Shown in pieces: positions 17,137-25,083 of a stretch of 64,000 nt of DNA (positions within the stretch are counted from its first letter, which is position 1; each line of letters opens with the position of its first letter). The position numbers and the translations under genes are program-made. The DNA lies in assembly GCA_031423805.1 (NCBI GenBank), contig JANPGE010000211.1:8654-72653 (forward strand), given 5' to 3'. Source of the DNA: Segetibacter sp. GTDB taxonomy: Bacteria; Bacteroidota; Bacteroidia; Chitinophagales; Chitinophagaceae. Under the pieces are notes generated by a model. That model saw only the letters and a list, made by a program, of their open reading frames with translations. It did not search any database and was not told where the DNA came from.

Positions 17137-19215
17137 TTAATTTTTCATTTGTATTGCCAATTCGTACGCTATTGTAATATAAGGATCCTTTTCAAGTTCT
17201 TTTTTTGACTGCAAATCCATTTCTTTCATGCTGCTGTTGGTGCTTAGCTTTTGTTTGTCAAAAGAATTGTTCTCTGCTTTATATGCTGCCGTAGCTTCCT
17301 TAGCCGAAGTTAATGATGGCAGCTCATCTGCTTCTTTTTTGCTGCTTGTTTGTAAAGTCAAAGAAATATCCTGTTTTGCATTATTTGATTTTGCTGTTGC
17401 TATATATTCCTTTAGTAGTTTAAAATAGGGTACCCCACTGACTTTATTTTGGGCAACCGTTTTTAACGCTGCTATTTCCAACCCTGCCAGCGGTTTATAA
17501 TATTTGTTTGCATCAATTTCCTTTAGCTTAATAGCAAGTTTGTTGTCAGACTCCCTTTCGCCGGAAACTTCTAATGCATCGGGCAGTAGAATATCAGGTA
17601 TTACTCCGCTAACCTGTGCTGTTTTACCGGTAATCCTGAACAATTGAAAGTCTGTAATTTTCAGGTAACTATCCGCTTTTATTTCTCTTATGTTATCATT
17701 TTCCAGGTTAATCGTTGTGTCCATTGGCAATACTACCTGACCTGTAGCTTTACCAAATGTTGGTGACCCAACAATAACGGCACGGTTATAATCCTGTAAA
17801 GTCCCTGCAACAATTTCAGAAGCAGAAGCACTATATCCGTTTACCAAAATTATTAACGGACCATCATAGATTGTTCCGCGGTTGCCATCTTTTAGTGTGA
17901 TAACTTTTGGGTCTTTGGTTTTATACTGACCTACAGGCCCCGCATCTATAAAAAGCCCTATTAGCCCTATTGCTTCGCTTAGCGAACCGCCTCCATTATA
18001 GCGCAGGTTTATGATCAATCCTTCAACGTTTTCTTTTTTCAACTTCATGATTTCTTTGGCAACATCGTTGGCGCAGCCATTGACCCCACTATTGTTTTCC
18101 CAATCTTCGTAAAATGCAGGCAGTGAAATATATCCAATGGTTTTGCTGCCTTTTAAGAGGTAGCTTTTTACATTCCCTTCGTCATCATCGTCTTCCAGCA
18201 TTTCCTTCCATAAAGTAATTTCTTTTATGGAGCCATCCGTTTTTTTAATTTTCAATTTTGCATTGTCGTGGTTGCTTGCACCAAGTGCTGCCCCAATTTC
18301 CCGCATACTTGCACCGCTTACGTCTATAGGCTCTTTTCCTTCCCACTGAATAGATAAAATCTTATCGCCCTTATTTAGCTGTCCGCTTTTAAAAGCCGGG
18401 CTACCTGGTTTTAATTCATTTATAACCACATTATCATCCTTGTCCACATCAAGGCTAAATCCAAATGCCATAGCTTTTTGCCCCAGTTCGCTTTCAAAAT
18501 TTTCTTTTTCTGTTGGGGGAAAATATTCAGTATGTGGATCAAAGCATTTTGCAATCGCATTGCAGTATTCTTCACTTACAGATTGTTCTATACCGCCGGG
18601 GCTTTGCAGCATAGCGTTTATGCGTCTTTTAAAATATTTCTGCATTTTTTGCCTGGTTACTGGTTCCACACTATCAGTCAATTTTTTTTGCTGCTTTGGT
18701 GAAAGAGGTAATGAATAATCAAGGTCTTCAATTTCATCTAGCACAGAAAACTTTAGTACTTTGTATAATTTTTTGCGCATGGCAGCTTCATTCACAGGAT
18801 AGGAAGTGTCTTCTGCAACTGTGAATTTTTCAGGAAGCGAAAAAACAAAAGATGCTTTTGCTATGGAAGTTACCATGGTATCAGCCTGTAGCAATCGCTT
18901 TTTAAAAATTGATATCAGGTTTTGTAAAAACCGGGTTTGCTTTCCCTTTATTTCATCGTCAATAGAGAATTGATAAGCAGATAGTGCCTTTATATCTTCC
19001 GTGGTGAAAAATAATTTATCATCATCAATTTCGTTGAGCAATGCGTTATATACATCTGCCGAGAAAGCGTCATCAATAGTCCGTGGTTGCACGTGAAATT
19101 TCGCCGCCAATCGTGTAATTACAAAAGCATCTTTTGCTGCTTTGCTTACTGGCTGTGCCATTCCACTAAAATGGAGCATCACATTAAACAGGGTTAGCCA
19201 TAAAATTTTATTCAT
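17137..19215 (-). CDS. S41 family C-terminal processing (tail-specific) peptidase with PDZ domain
   Basis: Signal peptide; PDZ segment GSPAFKSGQLNKGDKILSI; S41 motifs NLRYNGGGS and LVNGYSASASEIVAGTLQDYNRAVIVGSPTFGK. Confidence 0.9.
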   Translation of the reverse strand: MNKILWLTLFNVMLHFSGMAQPVSKAAKDAFVITRLAAKFHVQPRTIDDAFSADVYNALLNEIDDDKLFFTTEDIKALSAYQFSIDDEIKGKQTRFLQNLISIFKKRLLQADTMVTSIAKASFVFSLPEKFTVAEDTSYPVNEAAMRKKLYKVLKFSVLDEIEDLDYSLPLSPKQQKKLTDSVEPVTRQKMQKYFKRRINAMLQSPGGIEQSVSEEYCNAIAKCFDPHTEYFPPTEKENFESELGQKAMAFGFSLDVDKDDNVVINELKPGSPAFKSGQLNKGDKILSIQWEGKEPIDVSGASMREIGAALGASNHDNAKLKIKKTDGSIKEITLWKEMLEDDDDEGNVKSYLLKGSKTIGYISLPAFYEDWENNSGVNGCANDVAKEIMKLKKENVEGLIINLRYNGGGSLSEAIGLIGLFIDAGPVGQYKTKDPKVITLKDGNRGTIYDGPLIILVNGYSASASEIVAGTLQDYNRAVIVGSPTFGKATGQVVLPMDTTINLENDNIREIKADSYLKITDFQLFRITGKTAQVSGVIPDILLPDALEVSGERESDNKLAIKLKEIDANKYYKPLAGLEIAALKTVAQNKVSGVPYFKLLKEYIATAKSNNAKQDISLTLQTSSKKEADELPSLTSAKEATAAYKAENNSFDKQKLSTNSSMKEMDLQSKKELEKDPYITIAYELAIQMKN

Positions 19216-19474
19216 GCAAAAGAATAGTTGTGCAGTGAAAATATTAAAATATTTTGAATCGGTAACTGTTCAGCCAAATTGTTCTAAAAATGATTTTACC
19301 ATGTTGTTTCATGGTGAATCAAATATGCCGGTTCAAATTCGCATAACCGATATGAATGGAAAATTAGTGGGACTATTAAAAGGTAACGCAGCGCATAATT
19401 TCACCTTTGGTTCAGAATGGGCACCCGGAATTTACCTGGTAGAGGCCGTCAAAGTAACGAAATACGAACCTTGA
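19214..19474 (+). pseudogene. Orphan T9SS C-terminal sorting domain (Por_Secre_tail-like) remnant
   Basis: The ORF tail VTVQPNCSKNDFTMLFHGESNMPVQIRITDMNGKLVGLLKGNAAHNFTFGSEWAPGIYLVEAV has the pattern of a type A T9SS CTD. No cargo domain is present, and any upstream extension of the frame would run into the divergent S41 gene start. Confidence 0.6.
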
Positions 19475-19573
19475 AAGCTTTGAAAATAAAGTAGCACTTT
19501 TGTTTTAAAGTTTTTTTTATTGCACGGTGGCTCTTAAAATGCTGTTGATGAGGGACTCCAACAGGTTACAATG

Positions 19574-19625
19574 TTTGCAGATTTACAGGTAAATAATACG
19601 TGTAAAGTGTTGAATTAATTTATTT
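19574..19625. repeat. Degenerate third copy of the hairpin element plus its right flank
   Basis: CAGGTAAATAATACGTGTAAAG (19586-19607) matches CAGGTAAAGAATACCTGCAAAG at 19 of 22 positions. The flank AAAGTGTTGAATTAATTT matches copy 1's flank AAAGTGTCGA[~10 nt]AATTAATTT. A 6-nt insertion disrupts the left arm. Confidence 0.6.
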
Positions 19626-19696
19626 CAAGTTTAAGCCTCTTTCTCTACATTTTAATTTATCACCTTCGATATTTCAGGAAATTTCATAATTGTTTA

Positions 19697-19704
19697 TATT
19701 TTTG
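19697..19704 (+). promoter_or_regulatory. Candidate Bacteroidota -7 box TATTTTTG (TAnnTTTG)
   Basis: Exact match to TAnnTTTG ending 3 nt before the ATG at 19708, which implies a leaderless or near-leaderless mRNA. Confidence 0.35.
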
Positions 19705-19707
19705 AGT

Positions 19708-20025
19708 ATGCCAAAAATTTTTGAATACCTGGCTTATATTATACGTTTTTATTCCAATGACCATTTGCCTGTTCATGTCCATGTTCAGCTTCAGGAAAGG
19801 GAAAGTAAAGCTGAATTTCATTTTGATGAAAACAATGGTGTAGTTTTATTATTCAAAAAAGTTAAAGGCAAAGAGCCGCTTACTGAAACCGAAACAAAAG
19901 AAGTGGCGGTTTTTTTAAAAGAATATCAACAAAAAATTATAGAGAAATGGAACAGCATATTCGTGTTTCACCAAAAGGTAGATTGCGAAACAATACATAC
20001 AAAAATCAAAAAGAAGAAGTTATAA
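19708..20025 (+). CDS. DUF4160 domain protein
   Basis: MPKIFEYLAYIIRFYSNDHLPVHVHV matches the DUF4160 N-terminal signature (MP.I....G..F.FY.N.H.P.H.H). I prefer the ATG at 19708 over the listed start at 19690. Confidence 0.7.
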   Translation: MPKIFEYLAYIIRFYSNDHLPVHVHVQLQERESKAEFHFDENNGVVLLFKKVKGKEPLTETETKEVAVFLKEYQQKIIEKWNSIFVFHQKVDCETIHTKIKKKKL

Positions 20026-20297
20026 CAATCAGCAATGCTTATTACTTAGGCAACTTGGTTTTGCTGTTGGCATTTAGCAATGGGGTACAAAAAAGGCTTG
20101 ATTTTTCAACCATTTTTCAGCGACACCTCAAAGGATATTATGAACAATTTTCCACGCCTACAAAATTTAAACGCTTTGTATTAGCAAATGGCAATATCAG
20201 TTGGGGGAAAAACGAAGACGTTATTTTTCCTGTGAGTTTCTTATACAATCACCCTAAAGCTAAGAAGGAAAAAGAGGAAGTGCTATATGTGATATAG
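19947..20297 (+). CDS. DUF2442 domain protein, start uncertain
   Basis: LVLLLAFSNGVQKRLDFSTIF...NGNISWGKNEDVIFPVSFLY fits the DUF2442 pattern. The only ATG (19947) gives a 79-nt overlap with the upstream gene, and no canonical start lies near the domain start at ~20015. Confidence 0.6.
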   Translation: MEQHIRVSPKGRLRNNTYKNQKEEVITISNAYYLGNLVLLLAFSNGVQKRLDFSTIFQRHLKGYYEQFSTPTKFKRFVLANGNISWGKNEDVIFPVSFLYNHPKAKKEKEEVLYVI

Positions 20298-20346
20298 GTC
20301 ATTAGGGGGTGTCGCCACTTCCCCTACAGCCTAAATTATGTTCAAA

Positions 20347-20371
20347 TTTGCAGGTAAAGAATACCTGCAAA
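20347..20371. repeat. 25-nt perfect hairpin TTTGCAGGTA-AAGAA-TACCTGCAAA (copy 2)
   Basis: Identical to 16007-16031. It lies between the convergent 3' ends of the DUF2442 gene (+) and the E1 dehydrogenase gene (-). The left flank begins AGCCTA as in copy 1. Confidence 0.85.
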
Positions 20372-20414
20372 GGCATTTGCAAAAACGTTGACTATCTGTT
20401 TTGCAAAAAACATT

Positions 20415-22406
20415 TTAAAACTCCATTAACCTACTCACACACTCACCCAACCTTGCTTTGGCCATAAAGTTTTGCTCCAGTTCTATGCTGAATGGAATGG
20501 GTGTATCAAGTGAAGCGCAGCGGATAACAGGTGCATCAAGCATTTTAAAACAATGTTCGCTTATCCATGCGCTTATTTCGCCGCCGAGGCCGCCTATGAG
20601 TGTGTCTTCGTGTAGCAATAGTACTTTACCGGTTTTTTGTACCGCATTTTTAATGGCTTCATAATCCAATGGAAGCAATGTTCGCAAGTCTAAAATCTCT
20701 ATAGAAACATCTGGATTTTCGTTGGCATATTCCAATGCCCAATGTACGCCCATACCATAGGTGATGATAGTAATGTCGTCACCGCTTTGGGCTGTTCTTG
20801 CTTTGCCAATTTCTATTTCATAATAATTTTCAGGCACATTCTCACTGATCTTTCTGTATAGTGCTTTGTGCTCAAAATACATTACAGGATTGGGGTCGTT
20901 TATTGCAGCTATCAGCAGCCCTTTTGCATCAGTTGGTGTGCTTGGGTAAACCACTTTTAGGCCGGGTGTTTTGGTAAACCATGCCTCATTACTTTGGCTG
21001 TGAAACGGCCCTGCACCTACGCCGCCGCCTGTGGGCATCCGTATAACAACATCGGCATTTTGCCCCCAGCGGTAATAAATTTTTGCCAGGTTATTTACAA
21101 TCTGATTGAAACCTACCGTTGCAAAATCGGCAAACTGCATTTCCATAATACTCTTTATACCTTCCAGGCTAAGACCGAGTGCAGCACCAACTATAGCGCT
21201 TTCGCAAATGGGTGTATTGCGGATGCGGCTTTTACCAAATTCATTTACAAAACCTTCTGTTATTTTAAATGCACCGCCGTACTCTGCTATGTCCTGCCCC
21301 ATGATGACCATTTCAGGATGCTGCTTCATAGATTGATGCAGACCTTCTTTTATAGCATCTATAAACCGTACCTCTCTGCTTGCATTTTGCGACATAGCTG
21401 CATCGTGCAAAATGGGTTTATTATTTTGCGGAGCATATACATCTCTTACTTCTTCTTCTGTATCAGGTACAATGGGAGATTCATTGTAGGCTATTTGCAA
21501 TTCTGATTCTATCTGCTGTTTTATTTCTTCTTTGATCTGTTCAATTACGTTTTCTGAAAGTACATTTAGTGACAAAAGATATGCTTCAAAATTTTTGACA
21601 GGATCTTTTTCAGCCCAAATATCAAACAACTCTTTAGGTACATATTTGGTGCCGCTTGCTTCTTCGTGGCCCCGCATTCTAAAGGTCATACATTCTATCA
21701 AAAATGGCTTTTGATTATTAATACAAAATTCCCTAACGCCTTTTATAGTGTCATACATCTCGAGCAGGTTGTTACCATCTATTTTTACGCCATGCATTCC
21801 GTAACCTTTTGCACGGTCAACCAAACTTTCGCAACGGTATTGTTCATTGACAGGAGTGCTTAATCCGTAGCCATTATTTTCTATAATAAATATTACGGGC
21901 AAATCCCAAACTGCTGCCACATTTAATGCTTCATGAAAATCACCTTCGCTTGTACCACCATCTCCGGTGAAAGCGAAAGCTGCTTTTTGCTGATCTCTTA
22001 ATTTATAGGCTAATGCGGCACCGTCTGCCAATGCCAACTGTGGGCCAAGATGAGAAATCATACCGCAAATGTGGTGGTCACGGGTGCCAAAGTGAAAGCT
22101 TCTTTCGCGGCCTTTGCTATAGCCCTCTTTATTGCCCTGCCACTGCATAAAAAGTTTGTGCAAAGGCATATTTCGGGTAGTAAAAATGCCGAGGTTGCGG
22201 TGAAGTGGCATTACCCACTCATCCTGATGTGCAGCCAAAGCTACGCCTACAGAAATAGCTTCCTGCCCTATACCACTGAACCATTTGCTGATTTTACCCT
22301 GACGGAGCAATACGAGCATTTTTTCTTCAATCAATCGGGGAAGCAAAATGCTTTTATAAAAATGAACAAGTTGTTCGTTGGTAAGTTGTTTGCGGTCGAA
22401 ATGCAT
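20415..22406 (-). CDS. Fused 2-oxoacid (branched-chain/pyruvate-type) dehydrogenase E1 component, alpha+beta subunits
   Basis: 663 aa. The N-terminal half carries the TPP-binding motif FTGDGGTSEGDFHEALNVAAVW...IENNGYG. The C-terminal half is E1-beta/transketolase-like (NTPICESAIVGAALGLS, PFHSQS). Confidence 0.85.
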   Translation of the reverse strand: MHFDRKQLTNEQLVHFYKSILLPRLIEEKMLVLLRQGKISKWFSGIGQEAISVGVALAAHQDEWVMPLHRNLGIFTTRNMPLHKLFMQWQGNKEGYSKGRERSFHFGTRDHHICGMISHLGPQLALADGAALAYKLRDQQKAAFAFTGDGGTSEGDFHEALNVAAVWDLPVIFIIENNGYGLSTPVNEQYRCESLVDRAKGYGMHGVKIDGNNLLEMYDTIKGVREFCINNQKPFLIECMTFRMRGHEEASGTKYVPKELFDIWAEKDPVKNFEAYLLSLNVLSENVIEQIKEEIKQQIESELQIAYNESPIVPDTEEEVRDVYAPQNNKPILHDAAMSQNASREVRFIDAIKEGLHQSMKQHPEMVIMGQDIAEYGGAFKITEGFVNEFGKSRIRNTPICESAIVGAALGLSLEGIKSIMEMQFADFATVGFNQIVNNLAKIYYRWGQNADVVIRMPTGGGVGAGPFHSQSNEAWFTKTPGLKVVYPSTPTDAKGLLIAAINDPNPVMYFEHKALYRKISENVPENYYEIEIGKARTAQSGDDITIITYGMGVHWALEYANENPDVSIEILDLRTLLPLDYEAIKNAVQKTGKVLLLHEDTLIGGLGGEISAWISEHCFKMLDAPVIRCASLDTPIPFSIELEQNFMAKARLGECVSRLMEF

Positions 22407-22416
22407 GATGGCAGCT

Positions 22417-22770
22417 TTACTTTTTTATATGATCGCCTACAAGGCTTTCAATTATGGCTGCGAAAATAGACAATAAGATGCTAAACAACAGCGCAGACCA
22501 CCAGCCTTCTACACTAAAACCAGGAACAATGGTTGCGGTCCACTTAATTATGAGAACATTGATAACCAATAAGAATAATCCAAAGGTGAGTAAGGTTATG
22601 GGTAGCGTTAATAATATCAATATTGGTTTTACAAAAGTGTTCATCAAAGCCAATACAAAAGCCACGATCATGGCAGTAAAGAAACCATCTATATGTACAC
22701 CATTAAGTACATAGGCAACGGCCAATGCTGCAATTGCGATTATTAATACTTTGGTTAAGAATTTTGCCAT
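22417..22770 (-). CDS. Phage holin family (4-TMS, superfamily IV-like) membrane protein
   Basis: MAKFLTKVLIIAIAALAVAYVL...TFGLFLLVINVLIIKWTATIVPGFSVEGWWSALLFSILLSI matches the conserved core of this widespread small membrane family. I prefer the internal ATG at 22770. Confidence 0.6.
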   Translation of the reverse strand: MAKFLTKVLIIAIAALAVAYVLNGVHIDGFFTAMIVAFVLALMNTFVKPILILLTLPITLLTFGLFLLVINVLIIKWTATIVPGFSVEGWWSALLFSILLSIFAAIIESLVGDHIKK

Positions 22771-23136
22771 TGGATTATTATTAAAGAAATAACAGAAAGC
22801 ATATTTCAATAATTATTCTAAAACTACTCATTTAAGGTACTCAAAATATTAAACTCCTCCGGAGTTTAATAATTGTAAAATAACTCTTTGCAATGCATAT
22901 TTATTGTCATATAATGGCTCAAGCCGCCGGGCTTCGTTGTTTCAACGGAGCTGAATTCTCTTGTTTCTGAAACTGCTACGCATGTTTCAGAATCCCTACG
23001 CTTCGCTTGGGACTCCAGAGAATAAGGCTCCTTATGCAACAACTGTTGTAAAGAGCGAATAACATTTACAAAGCTTTTCCAAATCGAAAAAATTGATTTT
23101 TCTTTTAAATAATATTACCATTTATTTAGAAATTTC

Positions 23137-24417
23137 CTACACCACAACCAATTCAAAAAAGTCTTCTTTTACCAAATACTTTTGTGCCAGTTCTCTTATT
23201 TCAGCTGCCGGAATAGATTTTATGGTTTGTATGGCATCATAAAAATATTGGTCATCTAATCCATTAAGAATATAATTTTTCCAACGGCCGATTATCTGGA
23301 ACGGACCATCCAAATCGCCAAGAATACTGCCAATCATATAATTTCTTACCAACAGCAATTCTTCTTCATCCACCAATTCTTCCTGCAAAATCTTCATCTC
23401 TTTATATACTTCGTCTATAGTTGCTTCGCAAACATCTCTGCCGGCTTCTGTACTTATCAGCCAAGCGCTGTCCTGTATATGGTTTTGAAAATAACTGTGT
23501 ATGCCATAGGTATAACCCTTGTCTTCACGAATATTGCTCATCAACCGGGAACCAAAAAAACCTCCAAATAAATTATTGAGCACCTGTATTTTCATAAAAT
23601 CAGGATGATGGCGATTGGGAAATGGACGAGCTATGCGTATGGCACCTTGCACCCCATTTTCGTCATTAAAAATCCTGTGCTTTTTTTCTGCAAAAGCAAT
23701 TTGTTTAAATGATTTTTCTTTTAAAGTTTTTTGGTTTAGTGGCAAATGGCCAAAGGCATTGTTCAACTGCTGAAAAATATCCGGTGAAAGTTTTCCTGCA
23801 ACAAAAATCATGCATTTACCATTTACATAATAATGATTGTAAAACTGAACAATCTGATTTCTGCTTAAGGCTTCAAATTCTGCAATACTTGTGAATCTGC
23901 CGTAGGGATGTTCCTGACTATACAGGTATTTATCTATCAACCTATTGGCCATAAAATCGCATTTTTGAAGATTGACTTTTAAGCGCTGAATCTGATTTTG
24001 TTTGTAAATGGCCAATTCTTCTTCAGGAAAAATTGAGTCCGTAATGAGTTCTGTAACTATGGGCAGAACACTTGATAAATGCTTGTTGAGGCAATGCAAA
24101 GAAATAGTTGCTGTTTCGTTGAAGCAGCTTCTGTTCAGATAAGCACCATAGTAATCAAACTGTTCATTAATATCGTAAGCTGTTCTTTTGGATGTACCAT
24201 TTTTTAAGAGGAAGTTGGTAGAGGCAGCTACAATGTTTTGATCTTCGTAGCAGTTGCCGGCATAAAATACCAGTTCAACCATTGTCACTTCCTGTGCACC
24301 TGCATTGATACTATAAACCGGCACGTCATTGTCCAATACAAACTGTTCTGCTTTTTTTAGTTGCAGATTAAAATCAATTGCATCTTTTATTGGTGGGGCT
24401 ATCGTTCTGTTTAACAT
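23137..24417 (-). CDS. M16 family peptidase, non-catalytic subunit type (no HxxEH)
   Basis: 426 aa of pitrilysin-fold type lacking the zinc motif, in an operon with the catalytic M16 gene at 25084..26322. Confidence 0.75.
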   Translation of the reverse strand: MLNRTIAPPIKDAIDFNLQLKKAEQFVLDNDVPVYSINAGAQEVTMVELVFYAGNCYEDQNIVAASTNFLLKNGTSKRTAYDINEQFDYYGAYLNRSCFNETATISLHCLNKHLSSVLPIVTELITDSIFPEEELAIYKQNQIQRLKVNLQKCDFMANRLIDKYLYSQEHPYGRFTSIAEFEALSRNQIVQFYNHYYVNGKCMIFVAGKLSPDIFQQLNNAFGHLPLNQKTLKEKSFKQIAFAEKKHRIFNDENGVQGAIRIARPFPNRHHPDFMKIQVLNNLFGGFFGSRLMSNIREDKGYTYGIHSYFQNHIQDSAWLISTEAGRDVCEATIDEVYKEMKILQEELVDEEELLLVRNYMIGSILGDLDGPFQIIGRWKNYILNGLDDQYFYDAIQTIKSIPAAEIRELAQKYLVKEDFFELVVV

Positions 24418-24420
24418 GAA

Positions 24421-25080
24421 TTATTTTTTCTTGGTAAAAAACTTTTTACGAATGTTTAAAAAAGCAAGTGGTAAAATTCCTATAGATGCATATTCGAGTG
24501 GCAAAATAAAAGTTAACAACAGTACCAATGTAAAAGATATGCCTGTCAGGATTAGCTTTTGAGAGAACAATTTTTTATCCTCATCTTCCATTGGGTAACT
24601 GACATGCGGATGCTTTTTAGTTACTTGCCAAAACAAAAAGTACATGGCAAAACTAGCCAGCATATTATTAATCATAAATAACCTGAATGGAATAACCAAA
24701 ATGGCGGGATGGGTTAAGTTTTCATAAACAAATGCAGTCGTAAACGGGAAAAAAATGATCGGCAGCAATGTTAGCAGATTAAGCCTAAGCACCTCACTAT
24801 TATAGTCGTGGACGTACTTGAACAACAGGTGATGCTTTACCCAATAATTAGCAATTATAGCAAAGCTTATAATCAATGCAAAAAACTGAAATTTCAATTC
24901 CTTTAGCTCATGCCACAACTCATTGTAAGTGGTGTCTTGGGTAGCATGGGGAACTTTTATTTCTATTACCAACAAAGTAATAGCAATAGCAAATACTGCA
25001 TCGCTAAAAAAAGCAAGCCTTTCTACCTGAAATTCCTGCTTAGGGTGCTTTTCATTATGCAATTCTGATAGCTGATTCAT
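24421..25080 (-). CDS. TMEM175/DUF1211 family membrane protein (putative K+ channel)
   Basis: RLAFFSDAVFAIAITLLVIEIKVP carries the RxxxFSD signature helix; about 6 TM segments. Confidence 0.75.
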   Translation of the reverse strand: MNQLSELHNEKHPKQEFQVERLAFFSDAVFAIAITLLVIEIKVPHATQDTTYNELWHELKELKFQFFALIISFAIIANYWVKHHLLFKYVHDYNSEVLRLNLLTLLPIIFFPFTTAFVYENLTHPAILVIPFRLFMINNMLASFAMYFLFWQVTKKHPHVSYPMEDEDKKLFSQKLILTGISFTLVLLLTFILPLEYASIGILPLAFLNIRKKFFTKKK

Positions 25081-25083
25081 ACT

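Noticed and set aside
20013-20025. Possible programmed -1 frameshift fusing the DUF4160 and DUF2442 ORFs at the A-rich stretch CAAAAATCAAAAAGAAGAAG
   Set aside because: The putative slippery site reads C AAA AAG rather than A AAA AAG, so P-site re-pairing would be poor. No obvious downstream stimulatory structure is present, and the two domains are normally separate proteins.
20458-22469. Plus-strand ORFs inside the E1 dehydrogenase gene (20458..20664, 20994..21506, 21106..21336, 21532..21714, 21666..21863, 22050..22469)
   Set aside because: All lie antisense to a well-supported 663-aa CDS and have no recognisable motifs.
22454-22809. The upstream extension MKYAFCYFFNNNP of the holin-family ORF, and the antisense ORF 22454..22714
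   Set aside because: The conserved family core starts at MAKFLTK and the extension is not hydrophobic or signal-like. The antisense ORF is a shadow of the membrane-protein gene.
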